64,000 bases of DNA, from positions 128,001 to 192,000 of IMG/VR virus record IMGVR_UViG_3300037722_000745; one strand, 5' to 3'. Below are positions 8,710 to 18,667 of the stretch, piece after piece. The notes under the pieces are model-generated. The model saw nothing but the letters and a program-made list of their open reading frames with translations, was not told where the DNA came from and did not search any database. Positions within the stretch are counted from its first letter, which is position 1, and the number at the start of each line of letters is the position of its first letter. The position numbers were made by a program, and so were the translations under genes. The DNA is from a virus (taxonomy: Duplodnaviria > Caudoviricetes).

Positions 8710-9455
8710 CCGAATTTACAATACCGTTCTAGTGTGTCTCCAGGGATCGGACACGAGACCGAATCCTGAACTTGGAAGTAGCAGTCGCTCTCCACTACAG
8801 GATCCCCATAGATTCTTTGGTGCTGCCAACGGACGGCCCACAAGCCTGGCTGCCCGCACTCGCCCGCAGTACCGGTCACGTAATAGCAGCCAACCCCCGC
8901 CGTGGCCGGCTTGCGGCCCGACGGTCCGATTTGCTTGAGAACGCAGCCCGGCTGCATCTGGTAGAGCGTGTAGGTGATGCAAACCGGACCAAATGGGTTA
9001 CCCCGACCATCGACCACCTTGAACATGAGGTCGCCTCGCGTGAAGACGTGACCCCAGCGGAAAGCTGTTGTAACGACTGGCTGCTGACAGATCGGCGGCG
9101 AGACATGGATGACTTCCATGTGCGCTGTCAAAATGCCCACCCCAACAATGGGATCCGGGACCGAAAAAGCGAACGCCCCCTGACCGCTTAGATAGCCACT
9201 GGCCCCTAGAATCACCTGTGCATCGGCTGAGATGCTACTCCCACCGGAAATAGCCCCCCCAGCGTCCAACAAAGTCTCATCGAGAAGAACTCCCGAACCG
9301 ACCAGATAACCCGAGGAATCAAGGATCTTCTCAGCATCAGCCGAGACGGCAGCGGACCCGACAAAAGATCCAGACAGAATCAGGTCGAGACCTGGACCAG
9401 CGCCTAAACCCCCCAGACCCGCTGCAACAACTCCGGCTGGCGCTACCCCAGACAT
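8700..9455 (-). CDS. Virion-associated protein with C-terminal Ig-like domain
   Basis: GDLMFKVVD...ITYTLY...VGCYYV...GLWAVRW aligns by eye with NDLNIFLVN...ISYALY...VGEYYA...GDYRIRW of 6518..7342. Confidence 0.6.
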   Translation of the reverse strand: MSGVAPAGVVAAGLGGLGAGPGLDLILSGSFVGSAAVSADAEKILDSSGYLVGSGVLLDETLLDAGGAISGGSSISADAQVILGASGYLSGQGAFAFSVPDPIVGVGILTAHMEVIHVSPPICQQPVVTTAFRWGHVFTRGDLMFKVVDGRGNPFGPVCITYTLYQMQPGCVLKQIGPSGRKPATAGVGCYYVTGTAGECGQPGLWAVRWQHQRIYGDPVVESDCYFQVQDSVSCPIPGDTLERYCKFGWD

Positions 9456-11512
9456 CAGTCGTATTCAGAGTACCCCAGCAAGAGGTACCCAGTCCCATCC
9501 ACCGAAGCATACTCATAGGTGGTTTCGAAGACCGCATCTGGTGCCGCTGGTTGAGTCCCAGAAACAAGAACCGTTCTCCCAGCCGCCACAAAACTGACCA
9601 CATGACCCCCGGAACCGTCATTCACAAACAACACTCGACCACCGTACCCGTCCGCACCATTGGTCAGCGTGAGGGTGGTGTCCCCAGACAGACAGTCTAA
9701 CATCTGCCAATTGTTCCGCTCTCTGACATCCAGTGTCACACTGGACGAGTACGCAAAAGTACCACGCTTATGCTGCTCAGCGGCATACACGATCTCGGTT
9801 TCATTGGTCTCTAGTCTAGAGATCACACCACCGCTAGCGTGTGGTGCCTTCGATTCTGCAAAGCCTGCTTGGTTAGTGGCCAAGTCGGACCATGAAAAGG
9901 TCTCTTGGCTAAGATGGCAGTCTCCTTTGTCTCCAGTGAGATTGGGGTTACCGAACTCCAAACTAATGTGGCCACCAGAAGCCGCATTGAGCCCAAACCA
10001 CTCACTGTGGCCATGGGGACCGTAGTTGTTATTGAAAATCTTGATCGTACCTGGGAATAGAGCCCGGACAGCACTACCGGACGTGATGTAGCTGAACACT
10101 CCATTGCTCAGCACAACCTTCGGACCCGTCGTATACAACCGGCAGCGGTCGAACAGAAACGGAACCGTACAGAACCCAATCTCAAAAAAAGCGACCGTGG
10201 TTATACGGATCTGGACCTCAGCTTCTCCTCCATCCAATCCGCCAATCCTCCCTCCGATCAGCGTGCACTTGAATGGATCCAAGGCTGACGCAAAGATACC
10301 ATTCCCCGCGTGCAAGATACCGTAGAAGTTCACCCCTCCATCTAGTCTCATGTTCTGCTTGACATAGGTTCCCCATCCAAGCCAGGCGGAGTTGACGGAG
10401 CTACCACTCAACTCTTCACGGGCAAAGTAACCGCTTAATAGTGAGGTACCCTCGTAACCCAAACGGGCCTCATCATCTACGCGAACTCCATGCATAGTCA
10501 CGGTGCTCGCCGAGAAAGTCAGATAGGTGAAAGGGGTGTCCGCCGTAAAGCTAACGTTCGAAATAGCCACTCCAAGCGGCAATTCCTCATTCGGCTTCTG
10601 GAACACCTGATGATGCCCGGGTCCGAACCCAACGGTGAATGGGAAATTGGTCGCAGGACCACCGACGTCAATCTTGACCGCAGCCTTCACAATCCGGAAC
10701 GTGTCTCCAGCATCCAAGACAGCGGGAAACCAGTAGGCCGGCAGGACAACCAAATCGTCGGTAGACCAAGCCTGTTCGGCGTAATCAGACGACGCCTGAT
10801 AGAAAGTTTTCCCTCCATTGGATGTGCCACTAAGGACTTCGACTTTGGCTGCATCGATCTCCTGAACACTATCCGCGTCCTTAGCCCGCTCCCATGATCC
10901 CGTTCGAACGATGTGGATACCGCTCTCAGCTGCCGTGGTTTGGCCTGGGCATAGAACACGATCTCCATCGGAGAGGGCTACGCCATCAACCGTCTGCTCT
11001 CCACTCAGTGTCAAACTCTCCGTGGCAGCAGCGGCTACAGGCTTCTTTCTCTGGTAGCCTCGAATCGTCCGCCTAGCTGAGCTGTTGAGTGCGTTGGTAG
11101 TGCTTACGGCTTCGAGTGTGCAGTCTTGGTACTCGTCACTACCTACAGACTCTGTCAAGACGAGACGTTCCCGAGTTGAAGCTGCGGAAGCTGTCAAGCC
11201 TGTCGCAAGCTCCTCAAAGTCCTCCCCACGGAATACAAGAGTGCCCGTCGCCGTGAACCGGCTGCCATCAAATGGTAGCAAGGGGCGGAGGATCGTCCCA
11301 TCCCCTAACAGATGTACAACGCACTGACGAATACCGAAGTGCTGCTCTAGCTCTACCCGCAGCTTCTCTAGTCCTTCCTCCGGACCCCAAGGACTCGCCT
11401 CGCTACCGTCTCCGCTTTCGGATGACTCATTGGAGTCAATCCAAAACTCAAGATCCCCAGCACCAATCTTCAATGAACCCATGGCTTGTCCCTTCTTAAA
11501 GCGCTCCAACAA
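9455..11512 (-). CDS. Tail fibre/spike-like protein, paralog of 11496..14006
   Basis: Common fibre module ATESLTLSGEQTVDGVALSDGDRVL...GIHIVRTGSWERAKDAD; G/S/T-rich beta repeats. Confidence 0.65.
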   Translation of the reverse strand: MLERFKKGQAMGSLKIGAGDLEFWIDSNESSESGDGSEASPWGPEEGLEKLRVELEQHFGIRQCVVHLLGDGTILRPLLPFDGSRFTATGTLVFRGEDFEELATGLTASAASTRERLVLTESVGSDEYQDCTLEAVSTTNALNSSARRTIRGYQRKKPVAAAATESLTLSGEQTVDGVALSDGDRVLCPGQTTAAESGIHIVRTGSWERAKDADSVQEIDAAKVEVLSGTSNGGKTFYQASSDYAEQAWSTDDLVVLPAYWFPAVLDAGDTFRIVKAAVKIDVGGPATNFPFTVGFGPGHHQVFQKPNEELPLGVAISNVSFTADTPFTYLTFSASTVTMHGVRVDDEARLGYEGTSLLSGYFAREELSGSSVNSAWLGWGTYVKQNMRLDGGVNFYGILHAGNGIFASALDPFKCTLIGGRIGGLDGGEAEVQIRITTVAFFEIGFCTVPFLFDRCRLYTTGPKVVLSNGVFSYITSGSAVRALFPGTIKIFNNNYGPHGHSEWFGLNAASGGHISLEFGNPNLTGDKGDCHLSQETFSWSDLATNQAGFAESKAPHASGGVISRLETNETEIVYAAEQHKRGTFAYSSSVTLDVRERNNWQMLDCLSGDTTLTLTNGADGYGGRVLFVNDGSGGHVVSFVAAGRTVLVSGTQPAAPDAVFETTYEYASVDGTGYLLLGYSEYD

Positions 11513-14006
11513 TCACATAAGCAGTGCTAGCGATCGTCACGTAGTGATACCGAAGCTCAAATACATCATTGGGGCCAGACGGAACCGTTCCTTTGACGAC
11601 GACCGTTCTACCGCTGGCGACCACGGTGATCACTCGACCTCCGACAGCATCTTGCTGCCCCAAGATGCTGCCTTTCCAACCGTCTACCCCATTCGTCAGA
11701 GTGACAGCCATATCCCCCGTGGCTACATCGCTCAACGCCCAGTCATTACCGATGCGTAGGTCCAAAGTCGGGGTGGCTGCGAATGCGAACGACTGAACAA
11801 CGGTCCTTCTACCGCCTCGGACTCCAACCACGCCGGGTATCCGATAGATGTAAGCGCCTGTGACATAAGGCTCAGAGAAGTCCCCTACCCCTTGGCCCGT
11901 CCCAGAGAATTCGTAGTCCGTCCACAACCCCTGATTAGACTGAACACGCCAGTCCGCCACGTCCCCAGTCAGATTAGGATTGCCATTCTCCAGCTGACAC
12001 CTGCCACCGGATAGGCAGTCAACTCCTACATCCGTAGAGTGACCACTCACGCCGGAGATCAGTTTTGCTTGCCCAGGAGCGAAAACATGTACGGCTGGAG
12101 CACCTTCGATCCACGAAAACAGGGTCCCTCCGGTAGAAAATAAAGCGTTCATCTTTACCGATGGGCCTGTGGTGGATATTCGAGACCGATCGAACAACAC
12201 AGGCACCCGAGAAGAGGTGATGACAAACGACGCTTCGCGCACAATCCTCATCTCGACTATACCTTGACCGCCTCCGCTGCCCCCGATTCGACCACCTTCC
12301 AGCTCAACGTAAAACGGTTGCTCTGAGTTAGCAAATAAACCATTTTCCAAGATGACGTGACCAAACAGCTTTGCGCCGATGTCGTTGTTGAAGTTCTGGA
12401 CATGCCGAAACCCCCACCCCCTCCACGTATTAAAGGATGCCGTACCTGTAAGCCCAGAGTAAGATGCTGTCCCCGACATCATGGTTCCAGAAGGAGCCCG
12501 AAATCTAACTTGACCGATGAAGTCTACTCCCCAGATGGACACGGTTGAACGATCGCAACCCAGCACGGCAAACACGCTTGAGTTCACAGCGAGATTGATC
12601 AGAGTGATGCCAGGAGGGTACTCTCCGGTAGCAAACGCCAGCGTGTCCTCCTGTGTCCCTGAGTAAAAGCCATCGCAAAAAGCGATGGTACTCGCCTGTG
12701 CAGCACCACCAGGAAGCTCAAGCGTTGCTGCGGGCTCGACAACTCTGAACGTGTCCCCGGCCTGGGGAGAACTCGGCCACTCGTAAGACGGGACAACAAC
12801 CCGATCGACGGTTGTCCACGATTGAGTGCTAAAGCTGACCGAAGACTGGTAAAAGGTGGACCCTCCATTGACCGTGCCCCCTGACACACTGACGCTCGCA
12901 GCGGTCACTTCCGCGATACTGTCGGCATCTCTAGCCCGTTCCCACGCGCCAGTTCGAACGATGTAGATGCCGATCTCAGAAGCCGTTGCTTGAACAGGAG
13001 CCAGGCAACGGTTGCCATCCACTAGGGCCACATCATCGACCGTTTGGGCCCCGGACAAGGTCAAGCTCACCGTGGCCGCAGCGTCTACTGGGCGCTTGCG
13101 TTGGTAGCCTCGAATGCGGCGGCGAGTACCGGCATTCGCCCCGGTAATACCCTCCAGACTGGCATTGCCAAGAGCAGCGGTACCGTAATCAGAGTCAAGC
13201 ACGGCTTGAGTGACATCCGAACCTGTGCCAACCGTAACGGACGCAAGCTCAACGAAGTCTTCACCTATGAAGATTAGGCTCCCCGTGGACCCAAACGGAG
13301 CACCATCAAACGGCTGGGCTTGCCTGGGTAGTGACCCAGACCCCATGATGTGGACTTCACACCGATCGATCCGAACATACTTTCGAAGCTCGGACCAGAG
13401 GGCCTCCATGCCCTCATTACCGCCCCAGGGGTCAGCCTGGGTGCCGCTGCCCGCGCCCCCAGGGTCGTCCGTATCGATCCAGAACTCTAGGGTCCCAGCC
13501 GCCCCAATAACGCCCTCCAACTGCTCCACCGTGCGACGGTAGAAGGGGTGGTAGCCACGAACCGACCCTCCGACGTTACGTTCCGTGACTAAAGCAACCC
13601 CAGGACCGTTGTTGAAAAGTGATGCATCCGGATCCCCCCTCTCACCGAGGGCTGGGTAATGCAAGGCGTAGTTAGGGCTAGCGATACTTGCGATGCGACG
13701 AACTTTCTCAACAGCCGCATCAGGCAGAGTTCGTTCTAATTCAATCCTGAAAGGACCGTAGACTGGAGCCGAAAAGGTGATTTGCCATAGGGTTGGCGTG
13801 ATCTCCACTATCGAGGAGTTCGCCCCTTCGGGCTCATCCGCAATCCGCACAACATCCGTCGCCCCTACCACAGGATCTGTGATGGTGATCTCGATGGGAT
13901 ATCCAACACCCCCTCCTGCGTCCTCTCCGGAGATGTCTTCCCTAGCTTCTCCTGGAGTACCTGGAGGGATCCCCGCAGTAGGCTGGTCAATTTGAAACAC
14001 CGGCAT
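11496..14006 (-). CDS. Tail fibre/spike-like protein, paralog of 9455..11512 with an extra N-terminal domain
   Basis: ATVSLTLSGAQTVDDVALVDGNRCL...GIYIVRTGAWERARDAD; shares the LEFWID...PWG and RRxIRGYQRK segments and the C-terminal domain with its neighbour. Confidence 0.65.
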   Translation of the reverse strand: MPVFQIDQPTAGIPPGTPGEAREDISGEDAGGGVGYPIEITITDPVVGATDVVRIADEPEGANSSIVEITPTLWQITFSAPVYGPFRIELERTLPDAAVEKVRRIASIASPNYALHYPALGERGDPDASLFNNGPGVALVTERNVGGSVRGYHPFYRRTVEQLEGVIGAAGTLEFWIDTDDPGGAGSGTQADPWGGNEGMEALWSELRKYVRIDRCEVHIMGSGSLPRQAQPFDGAPFGSTGSLIFIGEDFVELASVTVGTGSDVTQAVLDSDYGTAALGNASLEGITGANAGTRRRIRGYQRKRPVDAAATVSLTLSGAQTVDDVALVDGNRCLAPVQATASEIGIYIVRTGAWERARDADSIAEVTAASVSVSGGTVNGGSTFYQSSVSFSTQSWTTVDRVVVPSYEWPSSPQAGDTFRVVEPAATLELPGGAAQASTIAFCDGFYSGTQEDTLAFATGEYPPGITLINLAVNSSVFAVLGCDRSTVSIWGVDFIGQVRFRAPSGTMMSGTASYSGLTGTASFNTWRGWGFRHVQNFNNDIGAKLFGHVILENGLFANSEQPFYVELEGGRIGGSGGGQGIVEMRIVREASFVITSSRVPVLFDRSRISTTGPSVKMNALFSTGGTLFSWIEGAPAVHVFAPGQAKLISGVSGHSTDVGVDCLSGGRCQLENGNPNLTGDVADWRVQSNQGLWTDYEFSGTGQGVGDFSEPYVTGAYIYRIPGVVGVRGGRRTVVQSFAFAATPTLDLRIGNDWALSDVATGDMAVTLTNGVDGWKGSILGQQDAVGGRVITVVASGRTVVVKGTVPSGPNDVFELRYHYVTIASTAYVIVGAL

Positions 14007-14036
14007 GTGTCTGCGTCTCTTAGATCAGTCAGTTGC

Positions 14037-14420
14037 CTACGTTTCTTGGACCACTAATTGTCCGGCAGGGAAGCGGATTTGGTCGGAGGTCAACACGGTC
14101 CTTGGGGAGTTCAAGGAACCGAAGTACATCATGTTCCCTCCCGCAACAGCATCCATCAACGCTAGAGACACTACAGTGCCCCAAGCCGACGACGCGATCG
14201 GAAACAGGACCTCCGCTGTGTTCGACGTTTGGCCATTAGATGACACCGAGAATGTGACCACCTGTCGAAGGTAGCTCCCACCCGAGACTTCAGTGCCTCC
14301 CCCGCTGACATCCGGAGCCACCGTGAACAATGCCAAGTACACATCAGCCGGAGGCGTGAACGGAGTGTTCCGGAGCGCCAGATTGATGAAATTGTCGTTC
14401 AGGTAGTGGGTCTTTGGCAT
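14037..14420 (-). CDS. Small virion/fibre-associated protein, paralog of 15532..15933
   Basis: VYLALFTVAPDVSGGGTEVSGGSYLRQVVTF...FPIASSAWGTV, a motif common in phage tail modules. Confidence 0.65.
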   Translation of the reverse strand: MPKTHYLNDNFINLALRNTPFTPPADVYLALFTVAPDVSGGGTEVSGGSYLRQVVTFSVSSNGQTSNTAEVLFPIASSAWGTVVSLALMDAVAGGNMMYFGSLNSPRTVLTSDQIRFPAGQLVVQET

Positions 14421-14444
14421 GTTAAACCTTCGTGGTCTCCAACA

Positions 14445-14576
14445 TCACAGCGGACCGGACCCAGATTGACCGAAAGGGGCTACCGGAACAGCCGCAGCCG
14501 CCGTGCGACCTAGGGCTTCCTCAAAGACTCTACGTGCTTCCCTAGCCTCTCGATAGATCTGAGAAGAGTTGGCCAT
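14445..14576 (-). CDS. 43-aa hypothetical peptide (not in ORF track)
   Basis: MANSSQIYREAREARRVFEEALGRTAAAAVPV...; start overlaps the upstream stop as TGATG. Confidence 0.55.
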   Translation of the reverse strand: MANSSQIYREAREARRVFEEALGRTAAAAVPVAPFGQSGSGPL

Positions 14577-14986
14577 CAACAGCAATCTCCACTACCAGGT
14601 TTGACAAACGAAGCATGGATACCCTTCTCGATAGCAGGGGACCCTTCAATCACATCGAAGTCCTGGGCTACGATCTGTTGGCCGGCGCTGTACGTCAGCA
14701 GATTGCGCCAATACCCAACCGCGTTCGGACGAAAACGAACGTTGTAGTAACCAGGACTGCCCGCAATCTCATTGAAGTAGACATTCCCAGCAACGACTTG
14801 CGCATCCGTCACCGCAACACCCGATATGAGAGCCCACGGCTGAAGGAGATTGTTGTAGAAGATCTCCGACACCAAGGAGGCAGGACTTAGTCCTGTAGCC
14901 CTGGTAAACTGGTCCATCTGGAAGAAGTCGACCTGGTCCAGTACCACTTGGTTAGCCTGGACGATTCTTCCTCGAGTGGTGGGCAT
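14576..14986 (-). CDS. Small Ig-like virion protein
   Basis: GYYNVRFRPNAVGYWR motif; TGATG coupling on both sides. Confidence 0.6.
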   Translation of the reverse strand: MPTTRGRIVQANQVVLDQVDFFQMDQFTRATGLSPASLVSEIFYNNLLQPWALISGVAVTDAQVVAGNVYFNEIAGSPGYYNVRFRPNAVGYWRNLLTYSAGQQIVAQDFDVIEGSPAIEKGIHASFVKPGSGDCC

Positions 14987-15147
14987 CAGGACCTGGGCTC
15001 AGCAGGTGATTTCAGAGGTGGAGGAGTCTGCGGCTTCACATAGGAAGCTGCACCACGCAATGTCGCCACAAGAGCCATCCGGCGGATAGGACGCACTAAG
15101 ACTCCAGCCGAACCCTCCATTCTAGTAGAGATGTCTACACGAGCCAT
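14986..15147 (-). CDS. 53-aa hypothetical peptide (not in ORF track)
   Basis: MARVDISTRMEGSAGVLVRP...; TGATG coupling at both ends; N-terminus resembles MAIVEILATMDGESS of the upstream gene. Confidence 0.55.
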   Translation of the reverse strand: MARVDISTRMEGSAGVLVRPIRRMALVATLRGAASYVKPQTPPPLKSPAEPRS

Positions 15148-15491
15148 CAGCGTTCCTCTCTCCGTCGGTTTCGAATACCACTGGGAGACCCCACCGAATA
15201 GGATGGAGCAGGGGGTGATGGGGGCACTATCCTCACGATAGGAACCGTGATCGGCTTAGCTGTAACCGGTATCTGAGGACCTGCTGAGAAGTTGTTGATA
15301 GTGATCCCAGACGGACTGATCACCATTGACGATCCGCCCACCGGGAACAGCCCGAGAGCAGCCTGAAGAGACCCCGAGAAAGTGGTTTCTGACTCTCCCG
15401 CTGCTGTCAAGGAAGCCGCATACGCCATGGCCGCCCCTGACGTCTGCGAGGATTCCCCATCCATCGTTGCTAGGATTTCAACAATCGCCAT
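15147..15491 (-). CDS. Hypothetical protein with Pro-rich tail
   Basis: 114-aa ORF in the coupled operon. Confidence 0.5.
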   Translation of the reverse strand: MAIVEILATMDGESSQTSGAAMAYAASLTAAGESETTFSGSLQAALGLFPVGGSSMVISPSGITINNFSAGPQIPVTAKPITVPIVRIVPPSPPAPSYSVGSPSGIRNRRREER

Positions 15492-15531
15492 CTATCACCT
15501 CAGCGTGCGGCCTACGTGAGTGAAGAAACAA

Positions 15532-15933
15532 CTATGACTCTGTCACCACCAGCGCGCCGATGGCGAAATTCAATTCATCGCCGATACCTACCGCTTTGGG
15601 GTCAGCCAAATTGCCGAAGTACAGGATGTTGCCCGCTCCGACCGTGGCATTATCAGTCATCGCAGCAGCAACCACCGTACCCCAGGAAGCTCCTGCAACT
15701 GGGAATGTCACAGCACCCGTGTTGGATGTTGAGGACGACGCTGCAGCTCCGAACGTGACCGCGACACGATCATACAACGTGCCGCCCGCTGTCACGACCT
15801 CAGTCCCCGAAGTCGTTGCGGTCGGAGCTACCGTGTACAGGGCAGCAAAGACAGCGGCCGGGGACGTGAACGTCGTGTTGCGTAGCACATGGTCAAGCAA
15901 GGCGTTGGACAGGGTCTCAGCTTTCGCAGGCAT
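15532..15933 (-). CDS. Small virion/fibre-associated protein, paralog of 14037..14420
   Basis: VFAALYTVAPTATTSGTEV...YDRVAVTF...FPVAGASWGTV; GAGG RBS upstream. Confidence 0.65.
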   Translation of the reverse strand: MPAKAETLSNALLDHVLRNTTFTSPAAVFAALYTVAPTATTSGTEVVTAGGTLYDRVAVTFGAAASSSTSNTGAVTFPVAGASWGTVVAAAMTDNATVGAGNILYFGNLADPKAVGIGDELNFAIGALVVTES

Positions 15934-15994
15934 TGTCGGTTCCCTCGTTCAGGTTGGGGTCTCGCCTTTAGCGAGAAATCTAATGACACCAGGT

Positions 15995-16003
15995 CATCTA
16001 AGG
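15995..16003 (-). promoter_or_regulatory. Candidate late-promoter motif CCTTAGATG
   Basis: Recurring intergenic motif, 62 nt upstream of the start at 15933. Confidence 0.35.
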
Positions 16004-16022
16004 ATTATCTGCCTCAACCAGT

Positions 16023-16280
16023 TCACGGGTGATGGCAAACTGACTTCAAACTCTTGATGCAATGAGCGTAGGGTTGGGCCGGAACTTTACCTGTGTTGTT
16101 GAACCAGGCTGTTTTGAGTTCGTCCACGTTCGAGATCGAGGTGTCGAACACAAAAAAGACCCGCCCACCGTTCTCACGATCCGTACGCTTCATCACCACG
16201 CCGGCTGTCTGCAGATAGGCTGCGAGGTACAGATCAGGCGTACGAAACTCTCCGGGTTTCGACTGCAATTTTTGTGACAT
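16023..16280 (-). CDS. DUF5659-like small protein
   Basis: FRTPDLYLAAYL...GRVFFVF pattern typical of this small phage family (recognised from memory, not searched). Confidence 0.55.
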   Translation of the reverse strand: MSQKLQSKPGEFRTPDLYLAAYLQTAGVVMKRTDRENGGRVFFVFDTSISNVDELKTAWFNNTGKVPAQPYAHCIKSLKSVCHHP

Positions 16281-16391
16281 CTAACATCCTCATCTGACTC
16301 GCCTCAACGCGAGCTGAAATTTGATCTGTTTAGTCTAATTATCTGAGTCTGGGTCTACATCTAGCCAACGCTCAAAGCGTTGTGAACGTCA

Positions 16392-17498
16392 TCAGGTCGT
16401 AACAGTGAAGACGTTCGAAGCGAAACTCGTGTACTGCACCTGAACCGTGGAGCCCACTGCCAGGCCGCTAAGCAACGACGCAGGGATGACGATCGATGTT
16501 GCCGTCACCGAGCCCTGAGTGCCTCCCGTAAGGGTACCTTCGATCACCGACTGGAACAGCTTGATGCTAGTCGAGCCGTTCGGCGCAACCACCCTGACCA
16601 CAGTGGCCTGCACTTCTGGGTTTCCCAAGTTGGTGCCATCGATGGTGATGTCTCCAGCATTCGGGACGTCCTCTTCAGCGCCCGTGATAACCGTGAGTGG
16701 GGCCGTAAAGGCCGTCCCGTCATCAGACACTACCGAAATGGCCGGGCCCGTCGCCAAGGCCGGCACACGAGTGGGATCTGGAGTGTAGTTGGCATTCAGG
16801 TAGCCCGAGATCATGCCTACTTGAAAGGACTTGATCGCCACATCGGTCTCAACGAACCGGGGGGCCAAAGCGTCCGCCAAAGCCACTCGCTGAGCCGCCG
16901 TGGGACCGAAGCCCAGAGATGTATCCAGGGTAGCGGCCGTCACATCAAGAGGACCCCCGACGGGCAACAGATCCGTGATGACCGCCGCAGCCGTTTGGAC
17001 TGTGAAATCCTCCCCAGCGACGTTGAATCCAGCAACATCGTTGAAGGTGTTGCCGCCCGCTGTAGAATCCGTCTCAATATAGGACCCGGCACCCGTGGCG
17101 ACGCTGTAGAGGATCAGATTCGTCCCTGTGTCATCCAAACGGACCCGGGCGTCAAACGGTTCCGCAATGAGCGCAGCGTTGACCGCGTCCGCGATAGCCT
17201 GTCCCGTCGCGTAGACCGCGTTCGCAATAGCGACGTCCGTGAAGGCATCCCCCGAATCCAAACGCAACCGAAGGGTGTCATTGGTGCCATCCACCGTGTC
17301 CCCTCCAGAAATGTCCGTGGCGCCTTGGAGACCCGCGGGATGCCCCGCAACAAGCGTCTCCACATCGGATAGAACCGGACGTCCTAGCCGACGTTCTTGC
17401 CCTCTGGGCTCGGTCGGGGGGTTGTACTGGCTAACCGGCTCCAAATCCATCAAGGCAACCGAACCCGGCAGATCTCCACGAATGACTCCTACGCGCAT
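16392..17498 (-). CDS. Virion structural protein with C-terminal Ig/TIG-like domain
   Basis: A/G/T/V-rich; C-terminal PNAGDITIDGTNLG...SIVIPASLL is paralogous to the C-terminus of 17912..18520. Confidence 0.6.
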   Translation of the reverse strand: MRVGVIRGDLPGSVALMDLEPVSQYNPPTEPRGQERRLGRPVLSDVETLVAGHPAGLQGATDISGGDTVDGTNDTLRLRLDSGDAFTDVAIANAVYATGQAIADAVNAALIAEPFDARVRLDDTGTNLILYSVATGAGSYIETDSTAGGNTFNDVAGFNVAGEDFTVQTAAAVITDLLPVGGPLDVTAATLDTSLGFGPTAAQRVALADALAPRFVETDVAIKSFQVGMISGYLNANYTPDPTRVPALATGPAISVVSDDGTAFTAPLTVITGAEEDVPNAGDITIDGTNLGNPEVQATVVRVVAPNGSTSIKLFQSVIEGTLTGGTQGSVTATSIVIPASLLSGLAVGSTVQVQYTSFASNVFTVTT

Positions 17499-17502
17499 GT
17501 TC

Positions 17503-17895
17503 CTACACTCCTGTTGTGTTCACCGTTGTTGCGGGTTCTGAAAACTTGCCGCGCAGCTCATCCATCCTCAACAGCTTCAGGACTGCTCCGTAGTCCGAGT
17601 AGAACCCTGCCACGGACTTGAGAAACCGAAGCTGATCCGCTTTCCATGCGAACTTGGCGTCACGCAACCAGATTCGCATTCTCCGGAGGTACTTGAAGTA
17701 TTTGGGCGCTTGCTCAAGCCCCTTGAACTCCTCACTCGCCAACTCAAGATTCGCTTGACGAGACTCCATGTCCTTAAGGATGAGCTGGATCTGCCGCATG
17801 AGAAAGAGATCCCTAGGCCGCCAGCGCTGATGCACTGACTGTAGTTCAGAGCTTTGTTCCTGCTCCAGAATCCAAGGGATGTAGAGATAGCGCAC
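17503..17895 (-). CDS. Hypothetical protein
   Basis: 130-aa ORF closely packed in the operon. Confidence 0.5.
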   Translation of the reverse strand: MRYLYIPWILEQEQSSELQSVHQRWRPRDLFLMRQIQLILKDMESRQANLELASEEFKGLEQAPKYFKYLRRMRIWLRDAKFAWKADQLRFLKSVAGFYSDYGAVLKLLRMDELRGKFSEPATTVNTTGV

Positions 17896-17911
17896 ACTCG
17901 AGGCCCAAAAC

Positions 17912-18520
17912 TCAGGTGATCACAGCCACAGTGTTGGACAGTTGTTCATCCGCCTGAATCTGCACAGACGTTGTCGTGTCGGAAATACCGGCCACCAAGG
18001 CCGCAGGAATTACGATCGCTGTGTCCGAAACCGTCCCGGTGCCGGCCACGATCTGCGCCTGCGTCAGAGTCACCGCACCATCCCCCGTGATGATAACCGT
18101 GGTGATGTCAGGAGCTACCGACAAGAAACCAGTGCCGTCAATCGTCAAGTCGCCAGCACCTGGGACGTCGATTTCAGCCTGAGTCACGACAGGTGCTGCC
18201 AAGTCCGCCGCCACAAACGAGACCGTGCTGATGTACCCAGCGTCTCGCAGCCCCTTGATTTTGCCTCGGCCTTCCGAACTCAACACCCTGCTGGTTTCAT
18301 CAAGATCAATGTAGCCAGCGATCAGCGGGAAACCTTCCGCCGTCCGAGTCCGTGGGACATAACAGTTCTGCTTGGGTTTATCGATCGTCCCATCCCGAAC
18401 GTACGCCTTAGGGTCTGCAGTCGACCCGAGACGATGGTAGGATTTGTTGGGCAGACCATCATCGATATCGTCCACAAGGATCGCCCCTTGGACGGTCTGT
18501 TGGTGAATGAGTCTCAGCAT
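17912..18520 (-). CDS. Virion structural protein with C-terminal Ig/TIG-like domain
   Basis: PGAGDLTIDGTGFL...AIVIPAALV; GGAG RBS upstream. Confidence 0.6.
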   Translation of the reverse strand: MLRLIHQQTVQGAILVDDIDDGLPNKSYHRLGSTADPKAYVRDGTIDKPKQNCYVPRTRTAEGFPLIAGYIDLDETSRVLSSEGRGKIKGLRDAGYISTVSFVAADLAAPVVTQAEIDVPGAGDLTIDGTGFLSVAPDITTVIITGDGAVTLTQAQIVAGTGTVSDTAIVIPAALVAGISDTTTSVQIQADEQLSNTVAVIT

Positions 18521-18568
18521 GTTCTAGCGTCTCCGTCTCGGGCCTAAACCCTAGTGATCTACCCACCC

Positions 18569-18577
18569 CATAAGAGG
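18569..18577 (-). promoter_or_regulatory. Candidate late-promoter motif CCTCTTATG
   Basis: Recurring intergenic motif, 49 nt upstream of the start at 18520. Confidence 0.35.
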
Positions 18578-18667
18578 GTTAGCGTGCGTGGCACAGCCCG
18601 AGACACAGCAACCAGGTCAAATTCCACGTGAACGGGCGTACGACATGGGAGACAAGGGATAAGAAGA

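Noticed and set aside
9455-14006. Diversity-generating retroelement acting on the paralogous fibres
   Set aside because: No reverse transcriptase in the window and no near-identical template/variable repeat pair differing only at adenines was visible.
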